Positions 29,100-38,643 are shown, counted from the stretch's first letter. The stretch: DNA of 64,000 nt from an uncultured Chloroflexia bacterium (GCA_963817245.1 CAWFNQ010000001.1:797231-861230), one strand, 5' to 3'. Notes: generated by a model from the letters alone, not told the origin. Program-made: numbers and translations.

Positions 29100-29969
29100 T
29101 CAGAAGACCTCGGGCACGAACGTCTGGTCCGTGCGTGGCGGCCGGACGTAGCCCTTGTCGGGGCCCCGCGGCGGGAGCGCCAAGGGTTCGGGCGTCAGGT
29201 CCTCGTACGGGATCAGGGTCAGGAAGTGGGTGATGAAGTTCAGGCGGGCGCGCTTCTTGTCGTCGGCGTTGACCACGTACCAGGGCGCCTGCTTGATGTC
29301 CGTGTGAGCGAACATCTCGTCCTTTGCGATGGAGTACTCGACCCAGCGGGCACGTGACTGGAGGTCCATCGGGCTGAGCTTCCAGCGCTTCGTGGGGTCG
29401 TCGATGCGCGACTGGAACCGACGCTCCTGCTCCTCGTCACTCACCGAGAACCAGTACTTGACGAGCATGATCCCGGACCGGACGAGCATCCGCTCGAACT
29501 CCGGGCACGAGCGCATGAACTCCTCGTATTCCTCATCGGTGCAGAAGCCCATGACGCGCTCGACGCCGGCCCGGTTGTACCAGCTGCGGTCGAACAGGAC
29601 CATCTCGCCGGCTGCCGGGAGGTGGACGGCGTAACGCTGGAAATACCACTGGGATCGCTCACGTTCCGAGGGGGCGGGCAGGGCCACTACCCGGGCATAG
29701 CGCGGGTTGAGCGAGAGGGTCATGGTCTTGATCGCGCCGCCCTTGCCCGCGGCATCGCGGCCTTCGAAGAGGACCACGACCTTGAGGCCACGCGCCTTGA
29801 CCCATTCCTGGCACTTGACCAGTTCGACCTGCAGCCGCTCCAGCTCGCGTAGATAGTCGGCACCCCGGATCCGCTTGACCGCACCGCCGATGGTCTCGAC
29901 GGGCGGGTCCGGCCAGACCCTGGCCAGGTCCGTGTCCTCCTGCCGCTGCTCGTCCTTCGACTTCGCCAT
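29100..29969 (-). CDS. ppk2: Polyphosphate kinase 2
   Basis: ATG 29969 (MAKSKDEQ, GGAGGG 6 nt upstream). VLFEGRDAAGKGG Walker A, DRSWYNRAGVERV, KRWKLSPMD. Confidence 0.9.
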   Translation of the reverse strand: MAKSKDEQRQEDTDLARVWPDPPVETIGGAVKRIRGADYLRELERLQVELVKCQEWVKARGLKVVVLFEGRDAAGKGGAIKTMTLSLNPRYARVVALPAPSERERSQWYFQRYAVHLPAAGEMVLFDRSWYNRAGVERVMGFCTDEEYEEFMRSCPEFERMLVRSGIMLVKYWFSVSDEEQERRFQSRIDDPTKRWKLSPMDLQSRARWVEYSIAKDEMFAHTDIKQAPWYVVNADDKKRARLNFITHFLTLIPYEDLTPEPLALPPRGPDKGYVRPPRTDQTFVPEVF

Positions 29970-30174
29970 GGTCGCCCTCCGTCGTGCGCGTCCAGTATCG
30001 CGCTGCGGGGAGGCTCCGATCAGGGCTCGGCGGAGCGAGCGGACAACGCCTCGGTGGTCTACGGCGACCGTGACGAGCAACCGAACGACTCCCAGCACGA
30101 GGAGACCCCTGATGCCGAGGAGCGAACAACCTGCGTGGCCATCGGCCGGCATGACCCGGTAGGACGGTCCGGGC

Positions 30175-31704
30175 TCAGGTCCGGTCGGCTCGCTCATCCG
30201 GATGCGTCGCTGCCCGCGTCCCGCTTCTCGGTCTCGGCGAGCTTCTTCCGGTTGGTCTCGCGGGTCCGCATGATGTCTCCGCCGCCCTTGGTGAGGGTCG
30301 GCTTGGGGTGGGCGTCGCGCGCGGTTTGCCGGCGGCCCGGGCCTCGGCGCGGGCGGCCATCCGGTTCGCGATCGTGCCCTCGTAGCCCTGGTCGGTCGGC
30401 AGGTAGTAGCGGCGGTCGGCCAGCTCGTCGGGGAGGTACTGCTGGTCGACGTCGGCGCCCTCGAAGTCATGCGGGAACTGGTAGCCGACGCCGATCCCGT
30501 GCCGCTTCATCAGGTGATGGCCGGCGTTGCGCAGGTGGAGCGGCACCGGGAGTGAGCCGTGCGCCTCCACGTCGGAGGCGGCCGCCCAGTACGCGGCACC
30601 CGACCGGTTCGATTTCGGGGCCGTCGCGATGTAGGTCGTCGCCTGGGCGAGGGCGTACTGGGCCTCGGGCAGGCCGACCCAGTCGAGGGCCTGCGACGCC
30701 GCGACCGCCACCTGCAGCGCGCGCGGATCGGCGTTGCCGACGTCCTCGGACGCGCTGATGATCAGGCGTCGGGCGATGAACTTGGGATCCTCGCCGGCGG
30801 CGATCATCGAGGCCAGCCAGTAGAGAGCGCCGTCGGGGTCGTTGCCGCGCAGGCTCTTGATGAACGCGGACACCGTGTCGTAATGCCCGTCTCCGGCGCG
30901 GTCGTAGGCGAGGATGCGCTGCTGGGCGGCGGCTTCGACGTCCTCGAGCCTGGGCGAGATGCGACCCTCGCCGTCGCGGACGCCTTCATCCTCCGCGACC
31001 GCCGTCGCCCCTTCGAGCACGTTGAGGGCCGTCCGGGCATCGCCGCCGGCCAGCGACACAAGGTGGTCGAACGCATCCTCGGCGAGCGCGACCCCGCCCG
31101 CCGGTCCAAGGCTGCCGGCCAGCCCGCGGTCGGCGTCGGCCAGCGCCCGCCGGACCACGGTCGCGACCTCGTCGTCGGTCAGCGCCTCGAGCCGCCAGAC
31201 CCGCATCCGGGACAGGAGCGCGGCGTTGACCTCGAAGTAGGGGTTCTCGGTCGTGGCCCCGATGAGGGTGACGGTGCCGTCCTCCACGTGCGGCAGCAGG
31301 GCGTCCTGCTGGGCCTTGTTGAAGCGATGGATCTCATCAAGGAACAGGACGGTCCGCGCGCCGTGGAGCGCGAGCCGTTCCTGGGCCGCCGCGATCGTCG
31401 CGCGGACGTCGGCGACACCGGACATGACCGCCGAGAGGGCGATGAATTCGGCGCCGATCGCATCGGCAAGGAGCCGGGCCAGGCTGGTCTTGCCGGTTCC
31501 CGGCGGGCCCCACAGCAGGGTGGAGGAGAGGTGGCCGCGAGCCACGCTCCGACGCAGCGGGCCACGCTCGCCCACGAGATGCGCCTGGCCGACGAACTCT
31601 TCGAGGTCGCGCGGTCGCATCCTCGCGGCGAGGGGCTGCCGCTCGGGCGGCGGCTGGAAGAGCGCCTCGGGGCGGGCCCCGGTCGGGCGTCGCGCGGTGG
31701 GCAT
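30175..31704 (-). CDS. rarA: Replication-associated recombination protein A (AAA+ ATPase); 3' end probably frame-shifted, true stop likely 30194-30196
   Basis: ATG 31704. [36 protein letters not shown], MgsA C-domain ...YLPDELADRRYYLPTDQGYE. The last ~45 codons have poor GC3 in this frame and excellent GC3 in the -1 frame. Confidence 0.85.
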   Translation of the reverse strand: MPTARRPTGARPEALFQPPPERQPLAARMRPRDLEEFVGQAHLVGERGPLRRSVARGHLSSTLLWGPPGTGKTSLARLLADAIGAEFIALSAVMSGVADVRATIAAAQERLALHGARTVLFLDEIHRFNKAQQDALLPHVEDGTVTLIGATTENPYFEVNAALLSRMRVWRLEALTDDEVATVVRRALADADRGLAGSLGPAGGVALAEDAFDHLVSLAGGDARTALNVLEGATAVAEDEGVRDGEGRISPRLEDVEAAAQQRILAYDRAGDGHYDTVSAFIKSLRGNDPDGALYWLASMIAAGEDPKFIARRLIISASEDVGNADPRALQVAVAASQALDWVGLPEAQYALAQATTYIATAPKSNRSGAAYWAAASDVEAHGSLPVPLHLRNAGHHLMKRHGIGVGYQFPHDFEGADVDQQYLPDELADRRYYLPTDQGYEGTIANRMAARAEARAAGKPRATPTPSRPSPRAAETSCGPARPTGRSSPRPRSGTRAATHPDERADRT

Positions 31705-31738
31705 GGCCCGATGGTAGCGCTCCGCCGGCGCGCCCCGA

Positions 31739-33172
31739 CTAGGCGGTGTCCGGCTCCGCCGACGTCGTCGTGTCCGGATCGGCGTCCGAACCGGCGTCCG
31801 CCGCGCCCGAGACGCCCCGGATGTCGGCATAGGCGGCGACGTTCCAGGCGTGGCTGAAATACGGATCGGGGACCCGCCAGCCCTCGCCGTACAGACGTTC
31901 CAGGTAGACCTCGGGCTGGGCGGGGATCGCACAGGGGACCCCGAGCAGATCGGCGGAACCGGGCGGGAAGACGATGTCTCGCGTCAGCCCGCCGCGAGCG
32001 CCCGGGTACCACGACACGGCCGCTCCCTCGAACAGCCCGACGAACACGTCCACCCGCTTGCGACCGGGACGGCGGACGTGCCGATGGGCCGCGAACGCGC
32101 CGGTCACGTCGAACCCGAGCGGGCGCAGGTGCGCCTCGACCAGGTGCAGGGCATCCGTCAGGGTCGCCGCCTCCGCGGGCTCGAATCCGACGATGACGTC
32201 GATGTCGTCGTCGTGCGGGATCAGGGCGTGGTCGCGGACGACGGCGAGGACCGACCCGAACCCGAGGCAGACGTTCGGGGTCAGGGACCGGAGCGCCTCG
32301 ACGACGAGGGCGCTGTCGCGGACATAGTCGACCCGTTCGGCGTCGCCCCACGAGCGGAATGGGCGCTGAGGCCCGTGGACGGTCCACTCCCGCCCGCGTG
32401 CCGGCAGCAGCGCCACGTTGACCGCGCCTCGGAACCACACGCGCAGCGCCTCGTCGGGGACCCTGGACCCGAGCGCGGTGTGCGCGCGGGCGTATTCACC
32501 GCGGACCGTCAGGTCCAGGACGTCGAGGAGGGCCACCGTCTCGGGATCGGCGGCCGCTCGTGCCTGTGCCTCGGTCACCATGGCTCGCCACGCCCGTCGC
32601 TGCTCGCCACCGTCGTAGACGGTGCGACTCCGCCAGCGACCCTTGACCGAGATGCGCAGGCCCCGTGCCGAGCGGGCCGTCTCGTCGGCCACGTTGCGCA
32701 GGCCGAGCCGGGTCACGGTCAACGGCCGCGCGAAGGTGACCTCGGCCCAGGCGGGGCCCTCGGCCCCGGTCTCGATGACGGTCCCGGTCGGCCGCTCGAA
32801 GTCGAACAGCGCGGCGGCATCGAGTGGTCGCCCGTCGCCGGATCGCTTTCCGCTTGCCTGCACCCGGGCCACGTCGGCGATGTCGGCGACCCCTTCCGCA
32901 TCGATCTGCATCGACTGCAACTGGAGCGACTGGCCGGCCGGCAGCTCGAGACGGATGGCCTGGACGCCCGTGGCGTCCAGCGGCAGGTCGAGCAGGCCGT
33001 CCGGGGCGAGGTAGCCCAGGTCACCGAACCGGGCCGCGGCGACGCCGATCAGGGCATCGACGGCCGGCGGCGGCTCGAGGGCCGGATCCCGGTCGGTCGT
33101 CGGCGCGGTCAAGCGCGCGAGCTCGCGGTCACGAAGCGTGCCGGCGGAAGATCGTCCGGGCGACGTAGGCAT
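31739..33172 (-). CDS. LicD-family nucleotidyltransferase-fold protein with about 270-aa unrecognised N-terminal domain
   Basis: C-terminal half has GFGSVLAVVRDHALIPHDDDIDVIV (LicD motif GxLLGxxR..IPWDDDID-like). N-terminal half is unrecognised. Start uncertain; ATG 33172 overlaps the upstream gene by 44 nt. Confidence 0.6.
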   Translation of the reverse strand: MPTSPGRSSAGTLRDRELARLTAPTTDRDPALEPPPAVDALIGVAAARFGDLGYLAPDGLLDLPLDATGVQAIRLELPAGQSLQLQSMQIDAEGVADIADVARVQASGKRSGDGRPLDAAALFDFERPTGTVIETGAEGPAWAEVTFARPLTVTRLGLRNVADETARSARGLRISVKGRWRSRTVYDGGEQRRAWRAMVTEAQARAAADPETVALLDVLDLTVRGEYARAHTALGSRVPDEALRVWFRGAVNVALLPARGREWTVHGPQRPFRSWGDAERVDYVRDSALVVEALRSLTPNVCLGFGSVLAVVRDHALIPHDDDIDVIVGFEPAEAATLTDALHLVEAHLRPLGFDVTGAFAAHRHVRRPGRKRVDVFVGLFEGAAVSWYPGARGGLTRDIVFPPGSADLLGVPCAIPAQPEVYLERLYGEGWRVPDPYFSHAWNVAAYADIRGVSGAADAGSDADPDTTTSAEPDTA

Positions 33173-33797
33173 CGTCCTGGCGGTACTTGGCGAACCCGAA
33201 GCCCTCGACCGAATAGATCACATCGAAGCCGCGCCCGAGCGCTCGTGCCTCGAAGGCCGCCGGAAGCACGAATCGCCGGTAATGGTTCTTGGTCACCTTC
33301 GCACCGCTCGAGTCGCGGACCGTGCGGTATTCGACCGCCAGGAGGTCGCCGGGATCGGTCAGGCCGGCGGCCAGATCGAGGAGGTCCTCCTCCTCGGCCT
33401 CGGTGATGGCGTGAAGGAAGAACCGGGCGTAGACGATCCGCGGACCGACATCACCTCGGATCCGGTCGGCGAGACCGGGCTCGTCGATGCGCGCGACGAT
33501 GAACGACGCGGTCTCGCCGAGCGTCTCGGCCAGCCCTTGGCAGGCCTCGATGGCCATGTGCGAGGCGTCGATACCGACGACCTCGTGACCGTAGCTGGCG
33601 AAGAACATCGCGTCGCGCCCGTCGCCGCAGCCGAGCTCGAGGACGCGGTGTCGCTCCCCGAGCTCCCCGGCCACGAAGGTCGCGAACTGCGACGGCAGCT
33701 TGCGGACCGGGGTGCCCATCGCCGCGTAGTACTCGTCCCAATAGTCCGTGCGGGCGTCCTGCATGGCCTCCTTGGGCGTCGATCCTTCCTGGTCCAT
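33129..33797 (-). CDS. Class I SAM-dependent methyltransferase
   Basis: Motif I HRVLELGCGDGRDAMFFASYGHEVVGIDAS. Confidence 0.8.
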   Translation of the reverse strand: MDQEGSTPKEAMQDARTDYWDEYYAAMGTPVRKLPSQFATFVAGELGERHRVLELGCGDGRDAMFFASYGHEVVGIDASHMAIEACQGLAETLGETASFIVARIDEPGLADRIRGDVGPRIVYARFFLHAITEAEEEDLLDLAAGLTDPGDLLAVEYRTVRDSSGAKVTKNHYRRFVLPAAFEARALGRGFDVIYSVEGFGFAKYRQDDAYVARTIFRRHAS

Positions 33798-33834
33798 GCA
33801 GCCGATGGTAGCGTCCTCGCGGGGCGCTGCCGGC

Positions 33835-34233
33835 TCAGATCGGCCCGGCGCCGGACAGGTGGGAGAGGATCGCGAGCGCGACCAGCAGGATGATGAGCGA
33901 CCCGCCGATCAGGGTGATGCGGCGGACGTCCCGTCCGACGTAGGCGTACTCCTCGGCGGCGGTCACCGCGAGGGAGCTGCGGGCGGCCGGCACGGGCGCC
34001 GTCGTCCGGGCCTTGTCGCGGTCATTCGAGCGTCGCCGGGCATCATCCGCCGCGCGCTCCTCGGCCACGATCTGGGCCTCGATCTCGGCGGCGCGGGCCT
34101 CTTCCTGGGGCGTCAGGCTCGCGGGCCGGGCGGCGACCGCCGCGGACGACGGGGTCGCCGGCGGGCGCGTCGTCGTTCGCTGGAGCGGCGCCCGCTGGCC
34201 GGGTCGATGGGTGCCGCGCACGCGTTTGGCCAT
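33835..34233 (-). CDS. Hypothetical tail-anchored membrane protein
   Basis: ATG 34233 (MAKRVRG...). Basic N-terminus, charged helix EEARAAEIEAQIVAEERAADDARRR, C-terminal TM ITLIGGSLIILLVALAILSHL. Confidence 0.55.
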   Translation of the reverse strand: MAKRVRGTHRPGQRAPLQRTTTRPPATPSSAAVAARPASLTPQEEARAAEIEAQIVAEERAADDARRRSNDRDKARTTAPVPAARSSLAVTAAEEYAYVGRDVRRITLIGGSLIILLVALAILSHLSGAGPI

Positions 34234-34358
34234 GGTCGGGACGGGTCCTCGTTGCGGATGGGCGTGATGTCGGCGGAGAGGATAGCACCGCCCCACCGCG
34301 CGGCCGCCGCGGGGGGCCTGCCTGCTAGACTCCGGCCATCCCCTGGAGGACCCATCCG

Positions 34359-34859
34359 ATCGACATCGGCGCATCCATCGACCAGAACATCGACGTCATC
34401 GTCGCGCTCCTGGCCATCGCCGTCGTGGTCCTCGCGGGCGCGGTCGTATGGCTGGCTCGCAGCGTGTCGCGGCTCGAGGCCCGGCTATCGGGGCTGACCC
34501 GCGGGGCGGACGGCCGCAGCCTGGAGGCGGTGCTCGACGCCCACCTCGAGCGCGTCCACACGGTCGCACGCCAGGTCGACGACGTGGCGAATCGGACGGC
34601 GGTCCTCGAGTCCGCGTCGCGCCGGGCGTTCTCGAGGGTCGGCCTCGTCCGGTACAACCCGTTCGAGGAGACGGGCGGGAATCAGAGCTTCGCGCTGGCC
34701 CTGCTCGACGCGAACGGCGACGGCTGGGTCCTCTCGAGCCTCCATGCTCGCTCCGGCACGCGCGTCTACGCCAAGGCCATCTCGGCCGGCCGGTCGGACG
34801 CCGCACTGTCCGATGAGGAGGCCGCGGCGATCCGGCAGGCGACGGGCCTGACAGGCTAG
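34359..34859 (+). CDS. DUF4446-family protein (start codon unresolved)
   Basis: RVGLVRYNPFEETGGNQSFALALLDANGDGWVLSSLHARSGTRVYAK. The first canonical start, GTG 34425, cuts the N-terminal TM helix. Coding-like GC3 and GGAGGA (34345-34350) point to ATC 34359. Confidence 0.7.
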   Translation: MDIGASIDQNIDVIVALLAIAVVVLAGAVVWLARSVSRLEARLSGLTRGADGRSLEAVLDAHLERVHTVARQVDDVANRTAVLESASRRAFSRVGLVRYNPFEETGGNQSFALALLDANGDGWVLSSLHARSGTRVYAKAISAGRSDAALSDEEAAAIRQATGLTG

Positions 34860-34888
34860 GTGACACGGCGGTCGACGATGGTCCGGGC

Positions 34889-37800
34889 ATGGCCCCCACG
34901 ACGACCCCGCCCGATCCTGAGCCGGCGGTGACGCGCCCCCGCATCCGTGCCCGGCGGGAACCAGCGCCGCTCGACCAGCTGCCGGCGTGGCGCGATCTCG
35001 TGCCGGTCATGGACCCGGCGCTCACGACGGAACCGGAGCCGGGTCTCGAGGCCTTGCTCGGGGGGCTCAACGCGGACCAGCGGCGGGCCGTCACCCACGA
35101 GGCGGGGCCGCTTCTCGTGGTCGCCGGCGCTGGGACCGGCAAGACCCAGGTCATCACCCGGCGGATCGCCTGGCTCATCGCGACGCGGCGGGCGCGACCG
35201 TCGGAGATCCTCGCCTTGACCTTCACGGACAAGGCGGCCGAGGAGATGGCCGTCCGCGTCGACCAGCTCGTCCCGTATGGCTATACGGACACGGCGATCT
35301 CCACGTTCCATGCCTTCGGCGACGGGATCATCCGCGAGTACGCGCTCGAGCTCGGCTTGCCCACGGACCTGCGGGTCCTGACCCGCCCCGAGGTCGTGAT
35401 CTTCCTGCGCGAGCACCTCTTCGAGTTCGAGCTCGATCGGTACCGACCGCTCGGCGACCCCACCCGATTCCTTGACGCGCTGGCCGCGCTGTTCAGCCGG
35501 TGCAAGGACGAGGACATCGCGCCGGCGGCGTATCGCGACCACGCCCTGGCCGTGGCCGCCGAGGCCGAGGCGCTCGACCGGCTGGTCGCGCGCGGAGATC
35601 CGGCCGCCGAGGCGGACGCCGATGCGGCGGCGGCGCGACGGGAGGAGGCCGCGCGCCAGGACGAGCTCGCGAAGGCCTATGCCACCTATCAGGAGCTCCT
35701 CGCCGCCAACGGCTGCATCGATTTCGGCGACCAGGTGTCCCTCGCCCTGCGGCTCGTCCGAAGCTCTGCCGCGGCACGCACCGAGATCACCCGTCGGTTC
35801 CGCTACATCCTCGTCGACGAGTTCCAGGACACGAACCGAGCGCAGGCCGAGCTCGTGGCGCTGCTCGCCGAGTCCCACCGGAATATCACGGTGGTCGGTG
35901 ACGACGACCAGGCGATCTACGCGTTCCGAGGCGCCGCGATCGACAACATCCTCGACTTCCGGGACCGCTACCCGGGGGCGCGCACGGTCGTCCTGCGACG
36001 GAACTACCGCTCGCACGCGCCGATCCTCGACGCCGCCTATCGGCTGATCCGGCACAACGACCCCGACCGCCTCGAGGTGCGGACCGGGGTCGGGAAGCGG
36101 CTGCGGGCCGAGCGGGTCGTGCCGGGGCCACGACCCGTCCGGCTCGAGGCGTTCGCGACGGGCTCCGACGAAGCGGACTGGGTCGCGGCCGAGATCGCGC
36201 GACGGGTGGCCGCCGGCGCGGTACCGCGCGACCACGCGATCCTCGTGCGAGCGAACGGTCATGCCGACGCGTACCTGCGCGCCCTCAACCTGGCTGGCAT
36301 CCCGTGGCGCTTCTCCGGCACCTCCGGCCTGTACGCGCGGCCGGAGGTCCGCCTCCTGCTCGCGTACCTGCGGGTCGTCGCCGATCCCGACAGCAGCGGC
36401 GACCTCTACGCCCTGGCCGCCTCCGAGGTGTACGCGCCCGATGGCGAGGACCTGACCGCGATCGTGAACCTGGCGCGGCGTCGCCACCGGTCGGTGTGGG
36501 CGACGCTTGCCGAGCTCGAGGCACAGCCTGGGATCCTGCGCCTGCGACCCGAGACCCGCGCCACGATGCACGCCCTCCTCGCCGACCTCGCGCGCGACGT
36601 GGCCCTCGCCCACGAACGACCGGCGGGCGAGCTCCTGTACCGGTTCCTGCGGCGGACCGGGATCCTGGCGCGCCTCGCATCGACTGATTCGGTCGCGGCC
36701 GAGGAGGCCCTCTCGAACATCGCTCGGTTCTTCGAGATCGTCCGGGCCCAGTCGGCGTTGCTCGCGGACGACCGAGCGATCTTCCTCGCGCCCCACCTCC
36801 AGACCTTGATCGAGGCGGGCGACGACCCCGCGACGGCCGACCTGGATCCCGATCTCGACGCGGTCGCGGTCCTGACCGTCCACAAGGCCAAGGGCCTCGA
36901 GTTCCCGGTCGTCTTCCTGCCCGGGCTCGTCGCCGGGCGGTTCCCCGGCCTCGGTCGTGGCGAACCGCTGGCGCTCCCGGCGGCCCTCGGTCGCGGCCGG
37001 GCCCCGAGCCCCGAGCTGGCCCTCGCCGAGGAACGCCGGCTGTGCTACGTCGCGATGACCCGGGCGCGCGACGAGCTGATCCTGTCGCACGCGGCCGACT
37101 ACGGCGGGACGCGCGCCCGGCGGGTCTCGCCGTTCGTGCTCGAGGCCCTTGACCTGCCGGGTGACGCGGCCGTGCCCGGCGCCGGGGTCGAGCCGGCCGG
37201 TCCGCTCGACCGGCTGGCCGCATTCGCGGCCGCCACGGCCCGGCCGGAGGTGCCGCGCGGGCCGATCGACGAGCCGCTGTCACTGAGCTTCTACCAGGTG
37301 GACGACTACCTGACCTGCCCGCTCAAGTACAAGTACGCCCACGTGCTTCGTGTCCCGCTCGCCCCGCATCACGCGATCGTCTACGGGGCGGCGCTGCACA
37401 AGGCCGTCCAGGTGTTCCACCAGCGGCACGCCCGCGGCGACGTCATGAGCGAGGCGGAGCTCGACGAGGTCTTCGAGTCGGCCTGGTCGAACGAGGGGTT
37501 CGTCAGCCGGGAGCACGAGGAGGCCCGGCTCGAAGCCGGCCGCCAGGCGCTGCATCGGTTCCGGGCGGCCCAGCTCGAGCCGGGGGCCGTGATCCCGACG
37601 TATGTCGAGCGCGAGTTCAGCTTCGATCTTGGCGGCGACCGTGTCCGCGGCCGCTGGGACCGGGTCGACATCGAGCCGATCGCCGCGGACGACCGGCCGG
37701 CGATCGTGCCGGGCGACGGTGCGACGGCATCGGCCGATGTGGTCTCGCCGACGCTCGGGATCCTCGGCCCGGAACGGGTCACGATCACCGACTACAAGTC

Positions 37801-38104
37801 GTCGGACGTGCGCGACCCGGCCAAGGCGCGCCAGCGCGCCCGGGACTCGCTCCAGCTCCAGATCTACGCGATGGGCTACGAGGCGATGACGGGGCGGCTG
37901 CCGGACGCCATCGCCCTCCATTTCCTCGAATCCGGGCTCGTCGGGCGCGTCGAGGTCGATCCGAAGCGCCTGGCCAAGGCGAAGGCGCGGATCAAGACCG
38001 CGGCCGCGGGGATCCGGGCACGCGATTACACGCCCAAGCCTGCCTATCTCGCCTGCACGTACTGCGCGTTCCGCGACATGTGCCCGTCCAGCGTCGCGCG
38101 ATAG
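34889..38104 (+). CDS. UvrD/PcrA-type SF1 helicase fused to a C-terminal Cas4/AddB-like PD-(D/E)XK nuclease with a 4-Cys cluster
   Basis: VVAGAGTGKTQVI, ILVDEFQDTN, VHKAKGLEFPVVFL, YVAMTRARDEL. Nuclease: CPLKYKY...GRWDRVD...ITDYKS...QLQIYA...CTYCAFRDMC. Confidence 0.88.
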   Translation: MAPTTTPPDPEPAVTRPRIRARREPAPLDQLPAWRDLVPVMDPALTTEPEPGLEALLGGLNADQRRAVTHEAGPLLVVAGAGTGKTQVITRRIAWLIATRRARPSEILALTFTDKAAEEMAVRVDQLVPYGYTDTAISTFHAFGDGIIREYALELGLPTDLRVLTRPEVVIFLREHLFEFELDRYRPLGDPTRFLDALAALFSRCKDEDIAPAAYRDHALAVAAEAEALDRLVARGDPAAEADADAAAARREEAARQDELAKAYATYQELLAANGCIDFGDQVSLALRLVRSSAAARTEITRRFRYILVDEFQDTNRAQAELVALLAESHRNITVVGDDDQAIYAFRGAAIDNILDFRDRYPGARTVVLRRNYRSHAPILDAAYRLIRHNDPDRLEVRTGVGKRLRAERVVPGPRPVRLEAFATGSDEADWVAAEIARRVAAGAVPRDHAILVRANGHADAYLRALNLAGIPWRFSGTSGLYARPEVRLLLAYLRVVADPDSSGDLYALAASEVYAPDGEDLTAIVNLARRRHRSVWATLAELEAQPGILRLRPETRATMHALLADLARDVALAHERPAGELLYRFLRRTGILARLASTDSVAAEEALSNIARFFEIVRAQSALLADDRAIFLAPHLQTLIEAGDDPATADLDPDLDAVAVLTVHKAKGLEFPVVFLPGLVAGRFPGLGRGEPLALPAALGRGRAPSPELALAEERRLCYVAMTRARDELILSHAADYGGTRARRVSPFVLEALDLPGDAAVPGAGVEPAGPLDRLAAFAAATARPEVPRGPIDEPLSLSFYQVDDYLTCPLKYKYAHVLRVPLAPHHAIVYGAALHKAVQVFHQRHARGDVMSEAELDEVFESAWSNEGFVSREHEEARLEAGRQALHRFRAAQLEPGAVIPTYVEREFSFDLGGDRVRGRWDRVDIEPIAADDRPAIVPGDGATASADVVSPTLGILGPERVTITDYKSSDVRDPAKARQRARDSLQLQIYAMGYEAMTGRLPDAIALHFLESGLVGRVEVDPKRLAKAKARIKTAAAGIRARDYTPKPAYLACTYCAFRDMCPSSVAR

Positions 38105-38161
38105 GGCGCTGGCGGCCGTGGGCGAGCCAGCGGGCGCGACCCGGCCGTAGACTCGCGCGGC

Positions 38162-38536
38162 ATGGAAGCGCGCGACCGCATCGCCAACCTGGGGCTGCTC
38201 GGCGCGGCCGCGCTCGTGTGGCTCCTGGTGGCGCTGGTCGTGACGACGCGCGATCCGGTGCTCGAGCCCGAGGCGGGCTACATCGGCGCCGCGTTGATCG
38301 GCCTGGCCATCGCCCTGACCCTGATCCCGGTCTTCTGGCTGCTCGTGTTCGCGAGACACAAGCGGATCGCGTATCGCGGGGACTGGCTGCGCGCGGTCCG
38401 GCGTGGGGCATGGGTGGGGCTCATCGTCACGGTCCTCGTCGCGATGCGGCTCCAGGGCCTGCTCGAGTGGCCGATCGCCCTGTTCGTCATCGCACTCGCG
38501 CTCATCGCGGAGACGACGCTGTCGGCCGAGCGCTGA
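38162..38536 (+). CDS. Hypothetical 4-TM membrane protein
   Basis: Four hydrophobic segments, high GC3, 124 aa. No family recognised. Confidence 0.55.
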   Translation: MEARDRIANLGLLGAAALVWLLVALVVTTRDPVLEPEAGYIGAALIGLAIALTLIPVFWLLVFARHKRIAYRGDWLRAVRRGAWVGLIVTVLVAMRLQGLLEWPIALFVIALALIAETTLSAER

Positions 38537-38643
38537 CGCGCCGCTCGGGACGCCGCAGCCCCTGGTCGTCGAGACCGTTAGGCTCCGGGCTTCACGCCGC
38601 ACCATCGACCGCACGCCCGGCTGCGCAGAAGGAGCCTGACCCG

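Noticed and set aside
29970-30170. N-terminal TM extension of PPK2 (MPADGHAGCSLLGIRGLLVLGVVRLLVTVAV...), in frame with ppk2.
   Set aside because: GC3 is about 70%. A good SD (GGAGGG) sits directly before ATG 29969. PPK2 is a soluble enzyme and is already full length from that start.
30194-30271. Independent 25-aa basic small ORF (MRTRETNRKKLAETEKRDAGSDASG) downstream of rarA.
   Set aside because: High GC3 in that frame extends about 20 codons upstream of the ATG with no start codon or SD. It is more simply the displaced C-terminus of RarA.
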